A stretch of 64,000 nt of DNA from the human T2T-CHM13v2.0 reference genome, Homo sapiens: assembly GCF_009914755.1 (NCBI RefSeq), contig NC_060925.1. The stretch is one strand, 5' to 3'. A program made the translations under genes and the position numbers. The first letter of the stretch is position 1; every line of letters begins with the position of its first letter. The notes under the pieces were generated by a model that saw only the letters and a program-made list of their open reading frames with translations, was not told the origin of the DNA and ran no database searches. This document shows positions 62,481-64,000 of the stretch, piece after piece.

Positions 62481-63513
62481 CTATGAAGAAGACCACTTTA
62501 TAACTAGGCCTCATTAGAAAGTGCCAGCAGTTCACATCCTTGGCTCCACTGGCCCTTCACTTGCCTCTCTGTGCCTGGGAAGACCAACAGCACACAGCCA
62601 TGAATGTCAGTTTGAGGGGCCTTACACCATGTCTGTCCAATAGTTCTCACACTTACCTCTGGGAAGCCTGGGCTTCCAAGAGCCGTTCAAGGGCCATGGT
62701 AAGGGGAGGAGAGAGACTGAGCAGGCAGGACTCCAGCTCCTGTCCTGCTTCAACCAATATGCTTTTTTTTGACTGGTTTTAAAATCAGAGTTTTTTGTAA
62801 ATTCTTGTTTAAAAGGTAGTTCTCTTGTTTTTTAAAAAATTATTTTAAATGCTGTAAGTGACAGATCAAATTCAGGCCCTATTTTTGGAGATGAGGAGAC
62901 CTAGGAGCTTGTTATGAGTCAGGCTCCTGCCCAGAGCTAATGCTGGCTGTGCAGTGGCCCCAGCAGATGCTGGGCCTGTCAGACAGCCAAGCAAAGTCCC
63001 TGGGCCAAGGCCATGAGCCCTCTCTCCCTAGAGACCAATGACCCTTCAGCCTGGAGGCTGGCCTCCTGCTGTCCTCTTCCTCCTGTTGATGCTCTAGGGA
63101 AGTCCCCCCAGCCCTGAGGCCTGACAGCCCTGCTGCTCTGCCCTCTCTGCCAGAGATACTCCCCAGCACCCCTGACAAAACCTGAGCCTGGCTGGTGCTG
63201 GAATATAAGACACTGGACATACCGGTTTTCCTGAAAAGGCAGAGAAAGGAAAGCCAAGGTCACACAGAAATGTTCTCCTTTCTAATAGGTTTGAGTCCCT
63301 GACACCGTCTGTGTCTTCACTGGACTCATGCCCCAGGACATATGGATTCCCCTCCCCTCTTCCACCTTCCCGATCTTCTTTCTTCCCCCCATTTTGAGAG
63401 CCCTCTAGAGACTGGGTGATACTGCTTGTTGGCTCTCCCTGAGGGATAATGCAAACTCAGCAACCCTTATCTTCACAATTCAGTCCAAGAACTGACTCAG
63501 CAGAGGATGCCTG

Positions 63514-63571
63514 TGACATGCTTGCAGAAACTGGAGTAATTTTTGACATGCTTGTAGAAACTGGAGTAATT
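63514..63571 (+). repeat. Two-copy tandem duplication, period 30
   Basis: TGACATGCTTG(C/T)AGAAACTGGAGTAATT at 63514-63541 and 63544-63571. Confidence 0.95.
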
Positions 63572-63844
63572 GGCCATACTGTCACCCAGTCCCATCCTCC
63601 CCCAGCAGGCTTTGAGTACAGGGAGGGCAAATTTGTTGGTTAAATGATGTCTGTTTGGCATCATCGCCCAAGCCTCACACAACCCTGCAGAGATACAGGG
63701 GTATTTGATGATAAGACAGACACTTGGCTTGCTGCCCTCTGATGTACTCTCCACCTCAGGTCAGCAATAAAGTTTTTGGATCCCCTGCCTTGTTTCTGCC
63801 TTCTGGAAAAGAAAAAACAATACATGTACTGTTTAAGTCATTCT

Positions 63845-63972
63845 ACAACTAGAACGTAAGCTCCTTGAGGGTCCGTTTTTTGTGTGTGTTTTGTTCATAG
63901 CTATATCCCCAGTGCCTAAGATAGAGCCTGGCATAAAGGGGTATTCAATATACATAGATGAGTTGAATGAAC
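63845..63972 (+). mobile_element. L2 3' end
   Basis: CTAGAACGTAAGCTCCTTGAGGG...CCCCAGTGCCT...CCTGGCATA...GTTGAATGAA. Confidence 0.8.
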
Positions 63973-63981
63973 CAATCTTTC

Positions 63982-64000
63982 TGCTATGGTTTGAATGTAT
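63982..64000 (+). mobile_element. Start of a MaLR (MST/MLT1A-like) LTR, cut by the window edge
   Basis: TGCTATGGTTTGAATGT is a typical MaLR LTR start; only 19 nt visible. Confidence 0.55.

Overview
This is primate genomic DNA, most likely human or great ape (it contains AluY and an L1PA2-type element). I recognise no host protein-coding exon, RNA gene or CRISPR array. Positions 1-~24.9 kb are an AT-rich pile of nested retroelements: old L1M fragments, a Tigger6-like DNA transposon, an ERVL LTR with a tRNA-Leu primer-binding site and internal sequence, Alus, and three primate L1PA elements. These are a minus-strand 5' end at 1-246, a full-length L1PA5-like copy at 6606-12747 and a full-length L1PA2-like copy at 16377-22344; both full-length copies are inactivated. 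Positions ~25-64 kb are intergenic or intronic sequence with MIR, L2, MaLR/ERVL solo LTRs and Alus. The best finding is that the target-site duplication of the L1PA5-like element (AAGAAGAAATGTTC, 6437-6450 and 12748-12761) also encloses 155 nt of non-L1 sequence upstream of the L1. That leader resembles exon 1 of a ZNF91-subfamily KRAB zinc-finger gene ending at its ATG, joined without an intron to 29 nt and then the L1. This suggests a spliced 5' transduction driven by a KRAB-ZNF promoter. Other notable items are neighbouring L1s with and without the ZNF93-site segment, an open ORF0, a possible gene-conversion mosaic, an internally deleted old L1 retaining both ends, and an unexplained ~190-bp direct repeat at 45.4/46.5 kb. 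Subfamily names come from my recollection of consensus sequences and need RepeatMasker/Dfam confirmation; boundaries of old repeats are approximate.
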